From: a virus
Taxonomy: Duplodnaviria > Caudoviricetes
Strand: one strand, 5' to 3'
DNA: 55,864 nt
Virus record (IMG/VR): IMGVR_UViG_3300019874_000057
Span: 1 to 55,864 of that record
Shown here: in pieces, positions 26,046 to 36,148 of the stretch
Layout: the number at the start of each line of letters is the position of its first letter
Position numbering within the stretch: the first letter of the stretch is position 1
The notes under the pieces: model-generated
What the model saw: the letters and a program-made list of their open reading frames with translations, nothing else
What the model was told of the DNA's origin: nothing
Databases searched by the model: none
Position numbers and translations under genes: made by a program

Positions 26046-28260
26046 TGGAGCCAGCCCGGCAGCGTCGAATGTAGGGGTCAGGCGTGGTGGAGGTGGAGGG
26101 ACTGGAACACTCTCCCCTGCAGCCCCGACGAAGATCAACCTCAATGCCTATAGCGGGGCTGACACCACCAAGCTCCCTGCTGACAATTTCCCTGGGGCTA
26201 CGATTCCTGACAGTGTTCGGCAGGCGAGGCAGGATCTACTGACCCAGAGGCAATCAGGGACAACACTAGCCCCGCCTCCTGATCCGACTGCGCCGCCTAT
26301 TTCACCTGCGACTCCCGGGGCTGATCCAAATGCCAGGGTGCCCCAGGCTGCACCGGGGAGTTCACCTGCTACACCTGCTACACCCGCAGCAGCTCCAGGA
26401 GTCAAGGCAGGCACAGGAGCTCCAGTCCAAAAGCTCTGGACGCAGACAGACGCTCAGGGGAATCCATCTGGAGTAGGCACCATCGGCGGGCAGCAGTATG
26501 TCCGCGATGGGTCTTGGTGGGTGAAGAAGTCTATTGTGGATGCCAACCCTGGGATTCTGGGCATGCAGAAGGGCCAGAACCCGCAGCTTGATGACCTGGT
26601 TGAGAAGAACCGCATGGAGTACTCCCAGGGCGTTACTACCATGGCGACTGAGATGGGGAATGCACAGAGAGCTGCGAAGACCACCGCTACTGGCTTTGAT
26701 TCAGAATCCGAGCGAGCGCTCCGCCAGCAGTGGGCGAATGAAATCGGGGTCAATGAGAAGTCCGACGAGAATCAGGGAGACCCTGTCTTTGTAGCCAAGC
26801 AGGTTCTCGTGGATCTCATCAAAGGTGGGCATGTGGACAAGATGCCCAATGGGATGTTCTTTAGCTATCACGGGGACACCGCAGCCAGACCGTGGGAGTT
26901 CAAGAATGCCAATGGGCAAGACATAGCGCCGACTCCTGAGTTGGTGGCCATGGCTTCACAGGCACAGCAGCAGAAGAATTCTAGGTATGCCACTGGCGGT
27001 GGAGGTGGCTCAGGCGGTGCTCCGCCTCCTCTTCTAGCCCACGGTGGAATCATCAAGAAGACCCCAGGCGGTAAGCGACTCAGCATCAATGGCAAGCCTG
27101 CGATTGTTGGAGAAGGGTCTGAGGATGAGGCTGTGATGCCACTGAGTGTCTTGAGCTCGGTGGTGGAGGCTGCTGCTGCAAGGGGTGCAGGGAGACAGGT
27201 AAGCCCCAGTGCTCCACTGCTGAGTCCCAAGGCAGGCGCTGGTGGGCCAGTCCCCAAGCTGGCAGCAGGTGGGATTGTCCCTCGAGATCGAACCATTGCC
27301 CCGGGGGAACCTGATCCTGGTACAGGGATGCCGAACTCTGGCGGGGGGACGGGTGTTGGCGGTGGTGGAGGCGGGTTCCTGGGCTCAGGCCGAGCCCGCA
27401 CTGTCGAAGACATGGCTCGCGGTGGGGATCCTAGTACCTTCGCGCCCTACGCAGGCTACACCCCATACCAGAAGCAAGGCATGTCCGCCCAGGAGCAAGC
27501 TCAGCTTCAGGCTATTACCAAGATCGCCCAGCAGCTCTCAGGTCGAGGCGAGGGGACCTACAACGTTGGCTCAGGCGCCTACAACGATGCAGTCAAGTAC
27601 TTCCAGACCCTGACCAAGGGCAACCGTGGCCAGATGATGGCTGCGGTGGCGCCATCTGCGGAGCTCATCCGAGAACAAGGTGAAGGCGCCAAGAGTGCGG
27701 TGCTTGCAGGCCAGGGGCGCAGTGGCCTCAAGGACATGGCGCTGTCTGGGATTGACCGCCAAGCCCAGGGGGATATTGCTCGACTCACCGCAGGGGTGCA
27801 GTCAGGTGCAGCGGGGCAACTTGGTGCATTGGGTGGCCAGGGTATCCAACTGGGCAACCAGGCCACCGAAGCCAGTGGCCAGTTGTCATCCGCAGCCCAG
27901 CAAGCCTTGACCCAATCTCGCCAGTATGAAGAAGGCCTCGGTGAGTCCAGCAGGCAATTCGGCGCTGGTCTTGAAGAGAACTCTCGGCAGTTCGGAGCTA
28001 GCTTCTCTGAGAACTCTCGCCAGTTCAATGCGAACCTGGCTGAGCTTGTCCGCAGCAACACCATCAAAGAAGAACAAGCCCAAGCTGCGATGAATGCCCA
28101 GCGCCAGATGCAGGAAGACGATTACAAACTGAAGCTCCAACAGTTCCAAGAGAGCATTAGGCAGTTCGGCATCCAGACCAAGACCACCAACTCAGCCAAC
28201 AAGGGGCAGGCTATCGGGGCTGGTCTTGCTACAGTCGCGACCATCGCGGTGTTGATTTGA
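26038..28260 (+). CDS. Internal virion / DNA ejection protein
   Basis: 740 aa, G/Q/A-rich, SRQF repeats, C-terminal hydrophobic tail. Confidence 0.65.
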   Translation: MGDGASPAASNVGVRRGGGGGTGTLSPAAPTKINLNAYSGADTTKLPADNFPGATIPDSVRQARQDLLTQRQSGTTLAPPPDPTAPPISPATPGADPNARVPQAAPGSSPATPATPAAAPGVKAGTGAPVQKLWTQTDAQGNPSGVGTIGGQQYVRDGSWWVKKSIVDANPGILGMQKGQNPQLDDLVEKNRMEYSQGVTTMATEMGNAQRAAKTTATGFDSESERALRQQWANEIGVNEKSDENQGDPVFVAKQVLVDLIKGGHVDKMPNGMFFSYHGDTAARPWEFKNANGQDIAPTPELVAMASQAQQQKNSRYATGGGGGSGGAPPPLLAHGGIIKKTPGGKRLSINGKPAIVGEGSEDEAVMPLSVLSSVVEAAAARGAGRQVSPSAPLLSPKAGAGGPVPKLAAGGIVPRDRTIAPGEPDPGTGMPNSGGGTGVGGGGGGFLGSGRARTVEDMARGGDPSTFAPYAGYTPYQKQGMSAQEQAQLQAITKIAQQLSGRGEGTYNVGSGAYNDAVKYFQTLTKGNRGQMMAAVAPSAELIREQGEGAKSAVLAGQGRSGLKDMALSGIDRQAQGDIARLTAGVQSGAAGQLGALGGQGIQLGNQATEASGQLSSAAQQALTQSRQYEEGLGESSRQFGAGLEENSRQFGASFSENSRQFNANLAELVRSNTIKEEQAQAAMNAQRQMQEDDYKLKLQQFQESIRQFGIQTKTTNSANKGQAIGAGLATVATIAVLI
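27916..28026 (+). repeat. Four 33-bp (11-aa) SRQ[FY] repeats
   Basis: SRQYEEGLGES-SRQFGAGLEEN-SRQFGASFSEN-SRQF. Confidence 0.85.
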
Positions 28261-29066
28261 GCCTCCAAGCTAAGACCCAGTTCGGGATCCATGTCATTCG
28301 AGAAGCCATGGGTAAGCACACAAGCCCAGTGGTGTACTCGAGCTTTGGCAAGGATTCCATGGTGATGTTGGATCTTGTGCGGAGAGCTGGGTATCACTTG
28401 CCCATCATCTTCCACAGGGAAGCCTTCGATCCCAAGAAGTATGAGTTTGCCAACCAGGTCATCCAGAGGAATGGGTACACGGTGTATGACTGGCCTCCGC
28501 AGTACATGGAGGTTAGTAAGTCACCTGAGGGTGAATTCGAGATCATCAATCGGCATCAGGTGAGACATGGAGTTGACTACCTGCCCATTGGGATTCGCCC
28601 ACCTGTAAAGGGCAAGCCATTCCTTTGCGGGTTGGAAGACTTCTACCGCAAGCCTACTGGGACCTTTAGCTTCCCTTGGGACTTGGGGTTTGTGGGGCAC
28701 AAGTCAGTCGACATAGACCCCATGCTAGGCCCTGTGCCACTGGTGACTGACTACATCAACAACTCCCCCGCGTGCTCCCTGGCATTCCCGTTGAGATACT
28801 TCACCAATGAGGACATCTGGGAGTACACAGTGAGTGAAGGGTTACCTATCTCCAGGAAGCGCTACAACTCCAAGGATGGATACCGAGAGTTCCAAGACAC
28901 AACCTGGAACCCTGACTATTTCACCTGCTGCGTAGCCTGCATGGACAAGGATGCTCCAGCTCGAGTCCCATGCCCCAAGACTGGTGGGAATACCATCAAT
29001 GTTTCCCAATCCCTGAACTGGCGGGATGTCCCACCTCGCCCAGCACACATTGAAGGAGGTGCGTAG
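28257..29066 (+). CDS. PP-loop protein of the PAPS reductase-like family
   Basis: VYSSFGKDSMVMLDL PP-loop, FPLRYFTNEDIWEY, C-terminal CCxxC..CP. No ECG motif. Confidence 0.8.
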   Translation: MSLQAKTQFGIHVIREAMGKHTSPVVYSSFGKDSMVMLDLVRRAGYHLPIIFHREAFDPKKYEFANQVIQRNGYTVYDWPPQYMEVSKSPEGEFEIINRHQVRHGVDYLPIGIRPPVKGKPFLCGLEDFYRKPTGTFSFPWDLGFVGHKSVDIDPMLGPVPLVTDYINNSPACSLAFPLRYFTNEDIWEYTVSEGLPISRKRYNSKDGYREFQDTTWNPDYFTCCVACMDKDAPARVPCPKTGGNTINVSQSLNWRDVPPRPAHIEGGA

Positions 29067-30439
29067 TGGACTGGGGTGTAGGGAATGGCATCGCACAGAC
29101 GCTTCTGCCGACAGTCAATAATCTAGCTCGCGACTGGTCTGCGAAGAGAGACCAGCGGGAGACCGATGCTCGCCAGAAGGAAATGGACGAGCTCAAGCAT
29201 TTGGCTGATGGGCCTGATCCAGAAAAACGCGACATGGCAAATGCCGCGATTCTCAAGCGCGTCGAGGAGATGCAGCCGGGGTTCAAAGGGAAACCCGCGA
29301 AGAACCTGATGGAGGCGATCCACTCAGGGAAGTTCGCAGAAGACCCTGCGTACATGCATTACAAGTCGATTGCTGCAGCGCATGATGCCGGGGTCAAGCA
29401 GGGGGCTGCGGGGGCTGGTGCGGGGGCTGGGGACTTCCATGTAACCCCTGGGACTACCGACCAATTCAACAAGAACCCTGCGTTTGGAGTTGCTGCAGGA
29501 GGCCCTCCGAGTGTGCCTCCTCCGATGATTGCAGCTCCAAGCCCGAATGACCCTGCGTATGGGGATAACGCCCCAGGAGCAGCCCCTGCACCCCCGCAAC
29601 CCGCAGCTCAGATCGAGGGCACTGGGAACATCCAGCCCACAGCTCCCATGGCGAGTGCTGCAGGGCCAATGGGTGCAGCACCAGTGAGTCCTGCGCCTCC
29701 TGCTCCACCGCCTCCCGAGCCAACTATCTCAAGCGAGATGGAGAAGCTCGGGATGAAGGCTGATTCCCGAGGTGGGTATGGCAAGACAGGGGATGCCCTC
29801 ATCCCGCATGTGTTGTCCCGGATGACCAGTGACAAAGACCGCTTGCAGATCGAAGCCAAGGCCAAGCTCGCTCAGGATCGAGAAGACGCGCGTACCCAGG
29901 CAGCCAAGACCAAGCGGGAAACCGACCTCGAGCGCCAGGACATCAAGCTCAAGGCCCAGATGGAGCGCCTGGACAAGAGCATCAAGGCCAAGGGTGCCAA
30001 GGGGTCTAGTGGTCCCAAGCAGGGCATCAACTACGAGAAAGAGCGCCTGGAAGCCAAGACTGACTACGAGCGGTATACGAATGCCTTGGAGTTACACCAG
30101 GCTGCAGAGCAGGCGAATCTCGAGAGAGATGCAGCTAAGAACGACTGGGATCCAGCTCAGTACAAAGCTGCCCAGGAGCGCCTGGATGACTCCATCGAGA
30201 AGCGTCGCAAGGCTCTCGAGGAACACCACCAGAAGGTCACTGAGGTGCTCTATGGCGGCAAGGCAGGTGGGCCTCCGAGTGACGGTGGGCCTCCGGTGGT
30301 TGTAGGGGGTGGGGGCAAGGCTGCAGGTGGCCCTCCAGCAGTAGCCTCCCCGTCTGCCAAGATCGTCCAGAAGAACTCCACTACTGGTGAATTCCGACAC
30401 TCCCTCGACGGCGGCAAGACCTGGCAACCAGGGAAGTAA
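29066..30439 (+). CDS. Probable DNA ejection protein
   Basis: 457 aa, Pro-rich centre and charged coiled coil. Lies within the ejection cluster. Confidence 0.6.
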   Translation: MDWGVGNGIAQTLLPTVNNLARDWSAKRDQRETDARQKEMDELKHLADGPDPEKRDMANAAILKRVEEMQPGFKGKPAKNLMEAIHSGKFAEDPAYMHYKSIAAAHDAGVKQGAAGAGAGAGDFHVTPGTTDQFNKNPAFGVAAGGPPSVPPPMIAAPSPNDPAYGDNAPGAAPAPPQPAAQIEGTGNIQPTAPMASAAGPMGAAPVSPAPPAPPPPEPTISSEMEKLGMKADSRGGYGKTGDALIPHVLSRMTSDKDRLQIEAKAKLAQDREDARTQAAKTKRETDLERQDIKLKAQMERLDKSIKAKGAKGSSGPKQGINYEKERLEAKTDYERYTNALELHQAAEQANLERDAAKNDWDPAQYKAAQERLDDSIEKRRKALEEHHQKVTEVLYGGKAGGPPSDGGPPVVVGGGGKAAGGPPAVASPSAKIVQKNSTTGEFRHSLDGGKTWQPGK

Positions 30440-30442
30440 CCC

Positions 30443-33400
30443 ATGCCCTGGGAGACCATTGACGATGGCTGGGAGACTGTAAAACCAGACGAGTGGGAGA
30501 CTGTTGAGGCTCCAGCTCCAGCCCCCACCCCCAAACCCTTCTCCAACGTTGCAGGCTCTACCAATGAGTCAGTCTCCAGCTTCCTACAAGGAGGCATGGA
30601 GCACTTCGAGCCTGCTCCAAGCACCCCCAAGAAAACCACCTGGGAGACCCTCAAGGAGATCCCAGGCGCTGCCCTGCAGCTTCCTCACGCAGTCGTAGAT
30701 GAGATCGTAGGCACCCTGGCCAAGGGTTCATCCCAAGAGGGGCTGCGGATGGAACTCGCGCAGGCACAGGGAGACCTGGCTGAGGCCCAGAGACTAGATC
30801 CTGAATCCAAGCAAGAGGACACCAAGAACCTCATCCGCAGATCCTTAAGAATTCAGGACCAAATCTCCAAGGGTGAGAATCTCCCAGAGACCCATACAGG
30901 CCAAGCCGCAGAGAAACTCAAGAATCTAATGGTTGCTTCACCTGTGATGATTCCTGTGTATCTAGCTAAGCTGGCAGAGAAGGCTGGGGTGCCGGGAGCT
31001 GGGTTCTTGTACGGTGCCCAGGATGAAGTCATCAGTGCAGGTACTGCCCTTGGTAGTGATCCAGCAATGGCTCTACTGCCTGCGCACAAGGCCATTGCGC
31101 TGGCTTTCATCCCCGGAGTAGCCAAGGATCTAGGAGTCTCAGCCAAGGATCTCTGGAATGAGCTTCAGACCAATGGGTTCAAGCCTACCGAGGAGATGGG
31201 CAGGAAGCTGGCTAAGACAGCTACAGGGGCTGCGTTCTTGGGGCTCTTGGCACATGGGGCGCTTGGGGGGAATGGTGCAGTGCCTGAGACCAAACCTCCC
31301 ACAGAAGCCCCTCCCACCCTCGGCGCTGACATGCGCGGGTCCTACCAAGATGACACCGTGGCAATCCTCGGGGGCATCGCAGACAAGCACATCGCAGAGG
31401 GCGGCAAGCCTCAGACCCTTACCCATGGAGCTGAAGTCTACCCAGGTGCTCTCCCAGACACCCGAGTAGTCATCCGACGCGACTCCACAGGCAAGGCCTC
31501 TGCAGGTGCTCTCATCAATGCTGATGGAGTGGTCTCTGACTTTGCCTCAGTGAAGCTCAATTCTCCCGCTGCGGGGCGAGTCCTCAAGGGCCTGGAAGAA
31601 CTCGGTGCCAAGGCCCCAGACACCACCAAGATGTCTGCTGATTCCTATGGGGTAGTCAAGAACCTGGTCGACCGGCGTGGCTGGAAGTTCGAGGAGATCC
31701 AAGCGCCTAGACAAGAGGCCCCTCTCGGCCTACCTTCTACCTTGGAGACCAAAAATGGAGAAGTCCAAGCAGGAGAGCATGGCGGAGTTGGCGAAGGAGA
31801 TCAGGGATCTGGAGTCCTTGATCGAGAAGGATCACTCACTGCTGGACAGGTTGACACCGGACCAGAACGCGCTCCTGTACCTGGGATGGCTGCAGAGGAG
31901 TGGCGGCCTGTCGAGCTCGAAGAACTGGGAGACAGTGCCCCAGTAGTCCCAGGGGAGGCACTCGAGGCGAATGCTGCTGCGGGGGAAGAAGGCGCTCTCA
32001 CCATCGGCAGAGCCATTGAGAAGGACAAGCCTACTGTCCGGGACCCGCAATACGAGAACCTCCTGGCCAATCGCAGGGCTGCACTTGAACCCCCCGGGTT
32101 CTGGGAGGGGGTGAAGGATCACTTCTCCCCAGAGCAACTCAAGACCTACTTCCTTGACCGCATGGCTGCTGCAAAGAACCTTGCTGCAGACACCGAGCAA
32201 GCTGTTCGAGGAGCTGCATCTGGAGGGCCTCCTGAGCTCGAGCCCAACCAGGCACCAAGTGGTGAGCTCAATCCATTCCAGCTTCTGAAGCAAGATCCTC
32301 GGGTAATCCTAGACCTCGCAACCAACACAGCAGCCCGCCCAGCCTGGCTCACTGAGACCCTGGCCACCATCGTCAAGCCCATGGAGAAGGCAGGGATCAA
32401 AGCTGACGTGAAGCAGTGGTTGGATCTCAATGCTTGGTCTAGAAGATTCACAGCGGCCCATGGGGAGATTGCAGGCCTCGAAGCCAAGCTCCCCTTCGCA
32501 GAAGAAGGCGCCAGGATGCGCCGGGCAGTGGGCGGGAAGGAGTCTGGGCTTGGGCGCAGGAGGGAGCAACTCCAGCTAGAGGGGAAGATTCGAGAAGCTC
32601 AGGGGAGGAAGGACTTCACCCTGGCGAAGATCTTGAAGTCCCAAAGAGACCAGATCTACCGCCAGAGACTAGCAAGCCTCCCAGCTAAGCTAAGCCCAGC
32701 CCGCATTGAGGAGCTCGTCAAGCTCAAGCGCACCAAGGGGTACAAGGATGCCAGAGACTCAGTAGCCCAAGGTGAGCAGAAGCTCGGCCAGACCTACCAT
32801 CAACTACGAGAACTCATCAAGAATTCTAGGACACTCAGGGAATCTGCTGAGTCTCCACTCAAGCCTATTCAAGATAGGATCGAACTCCTCCAGCAGCAGA
32901 TCTCCAATGGAGGCATGGTCCCGCAGAACTACACTGAGGCTCAAGTCAAGGCACTACTGGACAAGCAGCGAGCAACCCTAGGCCCTGAGCGCATGAAGGC
33001 AGTGGAAGCTGCGGGGAACTCTATCTTGGAGATCCCCGAGAGGTTGCTAGCTCTCCAGCACAAGACAGGGATCATCTCGGATGCTCAGTACCAGGCAGTG
33101 AAAGCCCTGGGCAAGGGGTATGTCCCGATGTTCAGGCTCCAGGAGGCACTGGCCTCGAGCTCCAAGGGTGAATGGGGGACTGGGAATCTACTCTCACTCA
33201 GCGAGCGCAAGTTCCTGATGAAGTTTGAAGGATCCAAGCTGGATACCATGGATCCCATCCAGGCGACTTACTTGGTCTCATTGAGGGCCTTCAGTGACCT
33301 GGCCCGCCAAGAGACCGCCAACTCCCTGATCGCCATGCACAAGCAGGCTGCGGCTGCAGGGCTTGACCTCGGCTTCAAGAAGCTCAGATCCAGTGACCCG

Positions 33401-35290
33401 CATGGTCCCAGGCCTACCATCACTCGATTTGTGAAGGGGGTGAAGGAGACCTGGTCTCTGCCTGAGTCCATGACCCCTGTTGTAGAAGCCCTCAAAGAAC
33501 CAGGCCCCAGTGGGTTGATGCTTAGTGTCCTCGAGAAGTCCCGTGGGTGGCTCCAGGCGGGTGCAGTCGGGCTCTCTCTACCCTTCACTGTCCGCAACCT
33601 GCCTCGAGACTTTGGGCGGTCTGTGTACATGGTGGGCAAGTACCTAGCCCCAGAAACCCTCCCTAAGGGGTTTGGTCTCCGCACTACCTACGCCCTCGGG
33701 AAGCTCGTTGAGACCATGGTAGGGGTACTGCGAAAGGACCCCAAGATCATGAAGCAATACCAAGATGCTCTATGGAACAGAGCCCTGGGCAATACCCTCA
33801 GCTTCGAGATCGCAGGGAACACTGGGTCATCCCCTGCACTGGAGGTCCCAGGGTTTGAGCGTGAGATGACTGGGCTTCGTGGCATCCCAAAGGCAGTCGC
33901 CAAGGGCCTGGTGTCTGCCATGTCCGCAGGCGCCAGGTACTCCGAAATCTCCTCCAAGCTCATGGGCTGGAGGATGCTGGAAGAGGGCATGAAGAAGGGG
34001 CGGGCAGGCATCCCAGTCGACCCCAAGAAGCGCGCCTGGATCGTCCAGCAGATGATTGGGACTCCTCCTAGTAATGTCAGGGGGTCCTTCGCCAGGGAGG
34101 GAAATGTCTTCCTGATGTTCGGGAATGTGGCTGCCCAGGGCTGGAGGACAAGCTGGGAGCGAACCCTGAGAGACCCTCGGGGGACTCTAGGGCGCACCTC
34201 CATCGCTGCCATTGGACTAGGCACTGCGCTGGTGGCCTGGAACAATCAATTCAAGCAGCCTGAGTCCCCAGACAAGCCTGAATGGGACAAGATCCCTCCT
34301 GAGATGAAGAGGGATAACTGGTTGCTTCTCCTCCCAGCAACCAACCCTGTTACTGGCCGACATGAGTTCCTGAAGATTGCCAAGCCTGAGTTTGTAAAGG
34401 CATTCTTCAATGTGGTGGAAAACGTCATCTGGGACTTCGCGACCAAGAACAAGCCTGACTGGGCTCAGGTGGGGATGGATGCTACTACTGAGTTAGCTAA
34501 CCCACTTGGGTTCAACATTGATATCCATAGACCAGGGGCAGCAGTAGCGGCTGCTGCAGGGAAACTAAACCCTGCGCTGAAGGCCCCACTGGAACTGGCT
34601 GGGAACTTCCAGACCTTCAAGGGGACGCCGATTGAGTCTCAGCAGGATCTCAGGGTAGCTCCTGCAGAACGCTTCGATGAGAGGACTAGCCCTACTGCAG
34701 TGGTGGTTGGGCAGGCTACTGGTACTAGTCCAAAGAAGCTTGAGTACCTTGCTAGAACATTCGGTGCTGGCCTCGCAGATGCTGTGCTATCGGTGACTGA
34801 CCTTGCAGCCCGCCCGTTCTCCCCTCAGCCCTCACCTGCCCGCCCTAGCCCAGAGCGTATCCCTGTCTTGAGCTCCCTCATCAAGACTCTCTGGGACTAT
34901 GGCTTCCGGGACGCCGAGCGCGAGAAGAACCTCCAGGACTACTACTCACGCAAGGGGGAAGTAGATCAATCCCTAGCCACCTATGCCCGCGTGAAGAAGA
35001 ACGACAAGTCCAAGGATCGAGCCTCCCAATACCTTGAGGGATCTACCTTCCAATCCCTCAAGGCGGAGGCTGACTACCTGGATCAACGCGGGGAGCAGAT
35101 CAATGAGATCTACAAGAAGTTGCGTGCAGCTCCGACTGAGGCCCAGGCGCTGGTACTGAACCAGAAGCTCAATCAGGTACTACTGAAGATCCAAACCGAC
35201 GTGAAGCGTCGAGCTGCAGTCAGGGCCGCACAGGCTTTGTCCGGTCCACCCTCGACGCCCCCGCCGAGCACCCCGTCATCGGCAGAGTGA
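30443..35290 (+). CDS. Large internal virion protein with LPD38-like C-terminal domain
   Basis: 1615 aa, last late gene. WDKIPPEMKRDNW...KIAKPE, NP.LK.PLEL..N...F.G.PI and SPKKLEYL...GAGL. Confidence 0.72.
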   Translation: MPWETIDDGWETVKPDEWETVEAPAPAPTPKPFSNVAGSTNESVSSFLQGGMEHFEPAPSTPKKTTWETLKEIPGAALQLPHAVVDEIVGTLAKGSSQEGLRMELAQAQGDLAEAQRLDPESKQEDTKNLIRRSLRIQDQISKGENLPETHTGQAAEKLKNLMVASPVMIPVYLAKLAEKAGVPGAGFLYGAQDEVISAGTALGSDPAMALLPAHKAIALAFIPGVAKDLGVSAKDLWNELQTNGFKPTEEMGRKLAKTATGAAFLGLLAHGALGGNGAVPETKPPTEAPPTLGADMRGSYQDDTVAILGGIADKHIAEGGKPQTLTHGAEVYPGALPDTRVVIRRDSTGKASAGALINADGVVSDFASVKLNSPAAGRVLKGLEELGAKAPDTTKMSADSYGVVKNLVDRRGWKFEEIQAPRQEAPLGLPSTLETKNGEVQAGEHGGVGEGDQGSGVLDREGSLTAGQVDTGPERAPVPGMAAEEWRPVELEELGDSAPVVPGEALEANAAAGEEGALTIGRAIEKDKPTVRDPQYENLLANRRAALEPPGFWEGVKDHFSPEQLKTYFLDRMAAAKNLAADTEQAVRGAASGGPPELEPNQAPSGELNPFQLLKQDPRVILDLATNTAARPAWLTETLATIVKPMEKAGIKADVKQWLDLNAWSRRFTAAHGEIAGLEAKLPFAEEGARMRRAVGGKESGLGRRREQLQLEGKIREAQGRKDFTLAKILKSQRDQIYRQRLASLPAKLSPARIEELVKLKRTKGYKDARDSVAQGEQKLGQTYHQLRELIKNSRTLRESAESPLKPIQDRIELLQQQISNGGMVPQNYTEAQVKALLDKQRATLGPERMKAVEAAGNSILEIPERLLALQHKTGIISDAQYQAVKALGKGYVPMFRLQEALASSSKGEWGTGNLLSLSERKFLMKFEGSKLDTMDPIQATYLVSLRAFSDLARQETANSLIAMHKQAAAAGLDLGFKKLRSSDPHGPRPTITRFVKGVKETWSLPESMTPVVEALKEPGPSGLMLSVLEKSRGWLQAGAVGLSLPFTVRNLPRDFGRSVYMVGKYLAPETLPKGFGLRTTYALGKLVETMVGVLRKDPKIMKQYQDALWNRALGNTLSFEIAGNTGSSPALEVPGFEREMTGLRGIPKAVAKGLVSAMSAGARYSEISSKLMGWRMLEEGMKKGRAGIPVDPKKRAWIVQQMIGTPPSNVRGSFAREGNVFLMFGNVAAQGWRTSWERTLRDPRGTLGRTSIAAIGLGTALVAWNNQFKQPESPDKPEWDKIPPEMKRDNWLLLLPATNPVTGRHEFLKIAKPEFVKAFFNVVENVIWDFATKNKPDWAQVGMDATTELANPLGFNIDIHRPGAAVAAAAGKLNPALKAPLELAGNFQTFKGTPIESQQDLRVAPAERFDERTSPTAVVVGQATGTSPKKLEYLARTFGAGLADAVLSVTDLAARPFSPQPSPARPSPERIPVLSSLIKTLWDYGFRDAEREKNLQDYYSRKGEVDQSLATYARVKKNDKSKDRASQYLEGSTFQSLKAEADYLDQRGEQINEIYKKLRAAPTEAQALVLNQKLNQVLLKIQTDVKRRAAVRAAQALSGPPSTPPPSTPSSAE

Positions 35291-35879
35291 AGTTGTAGTT
35301 GATCTCCCCCAGGAGCGTATACGCAGCAGCTTGGTAGCTTCCTGATTCTCCTTCTACATAGGCATAGGTAGGATCAGCATTCCACGCGAAGATGTCAGCC
35401 ATGTGGTTGTCGAGACGGGCCAGTTGCCAGTCATAGGGCTGCGGCACCCGCGCAGCTCCGCAGACTATCCTCACCCACTGTCGACCATCGGGACCAGCAC
35501 CACCAGGAGGGTCACAGCTTGCATCTACAAGCATCAGGTCTTCAGGAGCACAGGCTGTAGCAACAACAGGAGCTGGTTTCCCTGGCCCAGGGTACACAGG
35601 GACAATCCTGGGGTCTTCATACAAGATGACCACATTGGGAGACTCGCCTGGGTCCTTGTGCAGGATCATGTAGCCTGCTGCGTCAGTAGGGTGTGCGACC
35701 CTGACATCCACAGCCACAGGTGCCAGGATCCTCCCCCGGCCAATGGCGAGCTTGACTGGCAGGGTTTGATCCAAGGAAGACAACTGGGTGACAAGAGCCC
35801 CCACAGTTTCCTCCTCTGCCCACGCAGAGAACCCCAAGCCCAACACCCCCACCAAAGCAACCAGCCTCCAAGCCTTCAT
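35220..35879 (-). CDS. Secreted hypothetical protein
   Basis: Signal peptide MKAWRLVALVGVLGLGFSAWA-EE. AGGAG SD. Confidence 0.68.
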   Translation of the reverse strand: MKAWRLVALVGVLGLGFSAWAEEETVGALVTQLSSLDQTLPVKLAIGRGRILAPVAVDVRVAHPTDAAGYMILHKDPGESPNVVILYEDPRIVPVYPGPGKPAPVVATACAPEDLMLVDASCDPPGGAGPDGRQWVRIVCGAARVPQPYDWQLARLDNHMADIFAWNADPTYAYVEGESGSYQAAAYTLLGEINYNFTLPMTGCSAGASRVDRTKPVRP

Positions 35880-35887
35880 TCCATCTC

Positions 35888-36109
35888 CTAGTTAGAGTTC
35901 CCTGAAGTCACTCGGTCCCTCTCCAACATGAGCTGTATCTCGATGATCTGGCTCACACTGAATCCCCTCAGCCTCATATTCTCGTACGCGACAAAGAACA
36001 ACGCGAAGGCGGTTGGGCGATCAGCAAGCAGGGGCTCAATCGCCTTCGCTACGTCCTCGACGCGGGAATATGCAGCAGTGGGTGAGGAAGGCAACTCCAG
36101 GATGACCAT
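35888..36109 (-). CDS. Hypothetical protein, probably leaderless
   Basis: ATG lies 6 nt downstream of a -10 box. Confidence 0.62.
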   Translation of the reverse strand: MVILELPSSPTAAYSRVEDVAKAIEPLLADRPTAFALFFVAYENMRLRGFSVSQIIEIQLMLERDRVTSGNSN

Positions 36110-36115
36110 GAGGAG

Positions 36116-36144
36116 AAGGTAGGCGCACAGGAGAGGTATGTCAA
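36116..36144 (-). promoter_or_regulatory. Sigma70-type promoter
   Basis: TTGACA-17 bp-TACCTT on the minus strand. Confidence 0.72.
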
Positions 36145-36148
36145 GAGA

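Noticed and set aside
28257-29066. Auxiliary metabolic cysH for sulfate assimilation
   Set aside because: It lacks the ECG catalytic motif and is embedded in the virion ejection operon.
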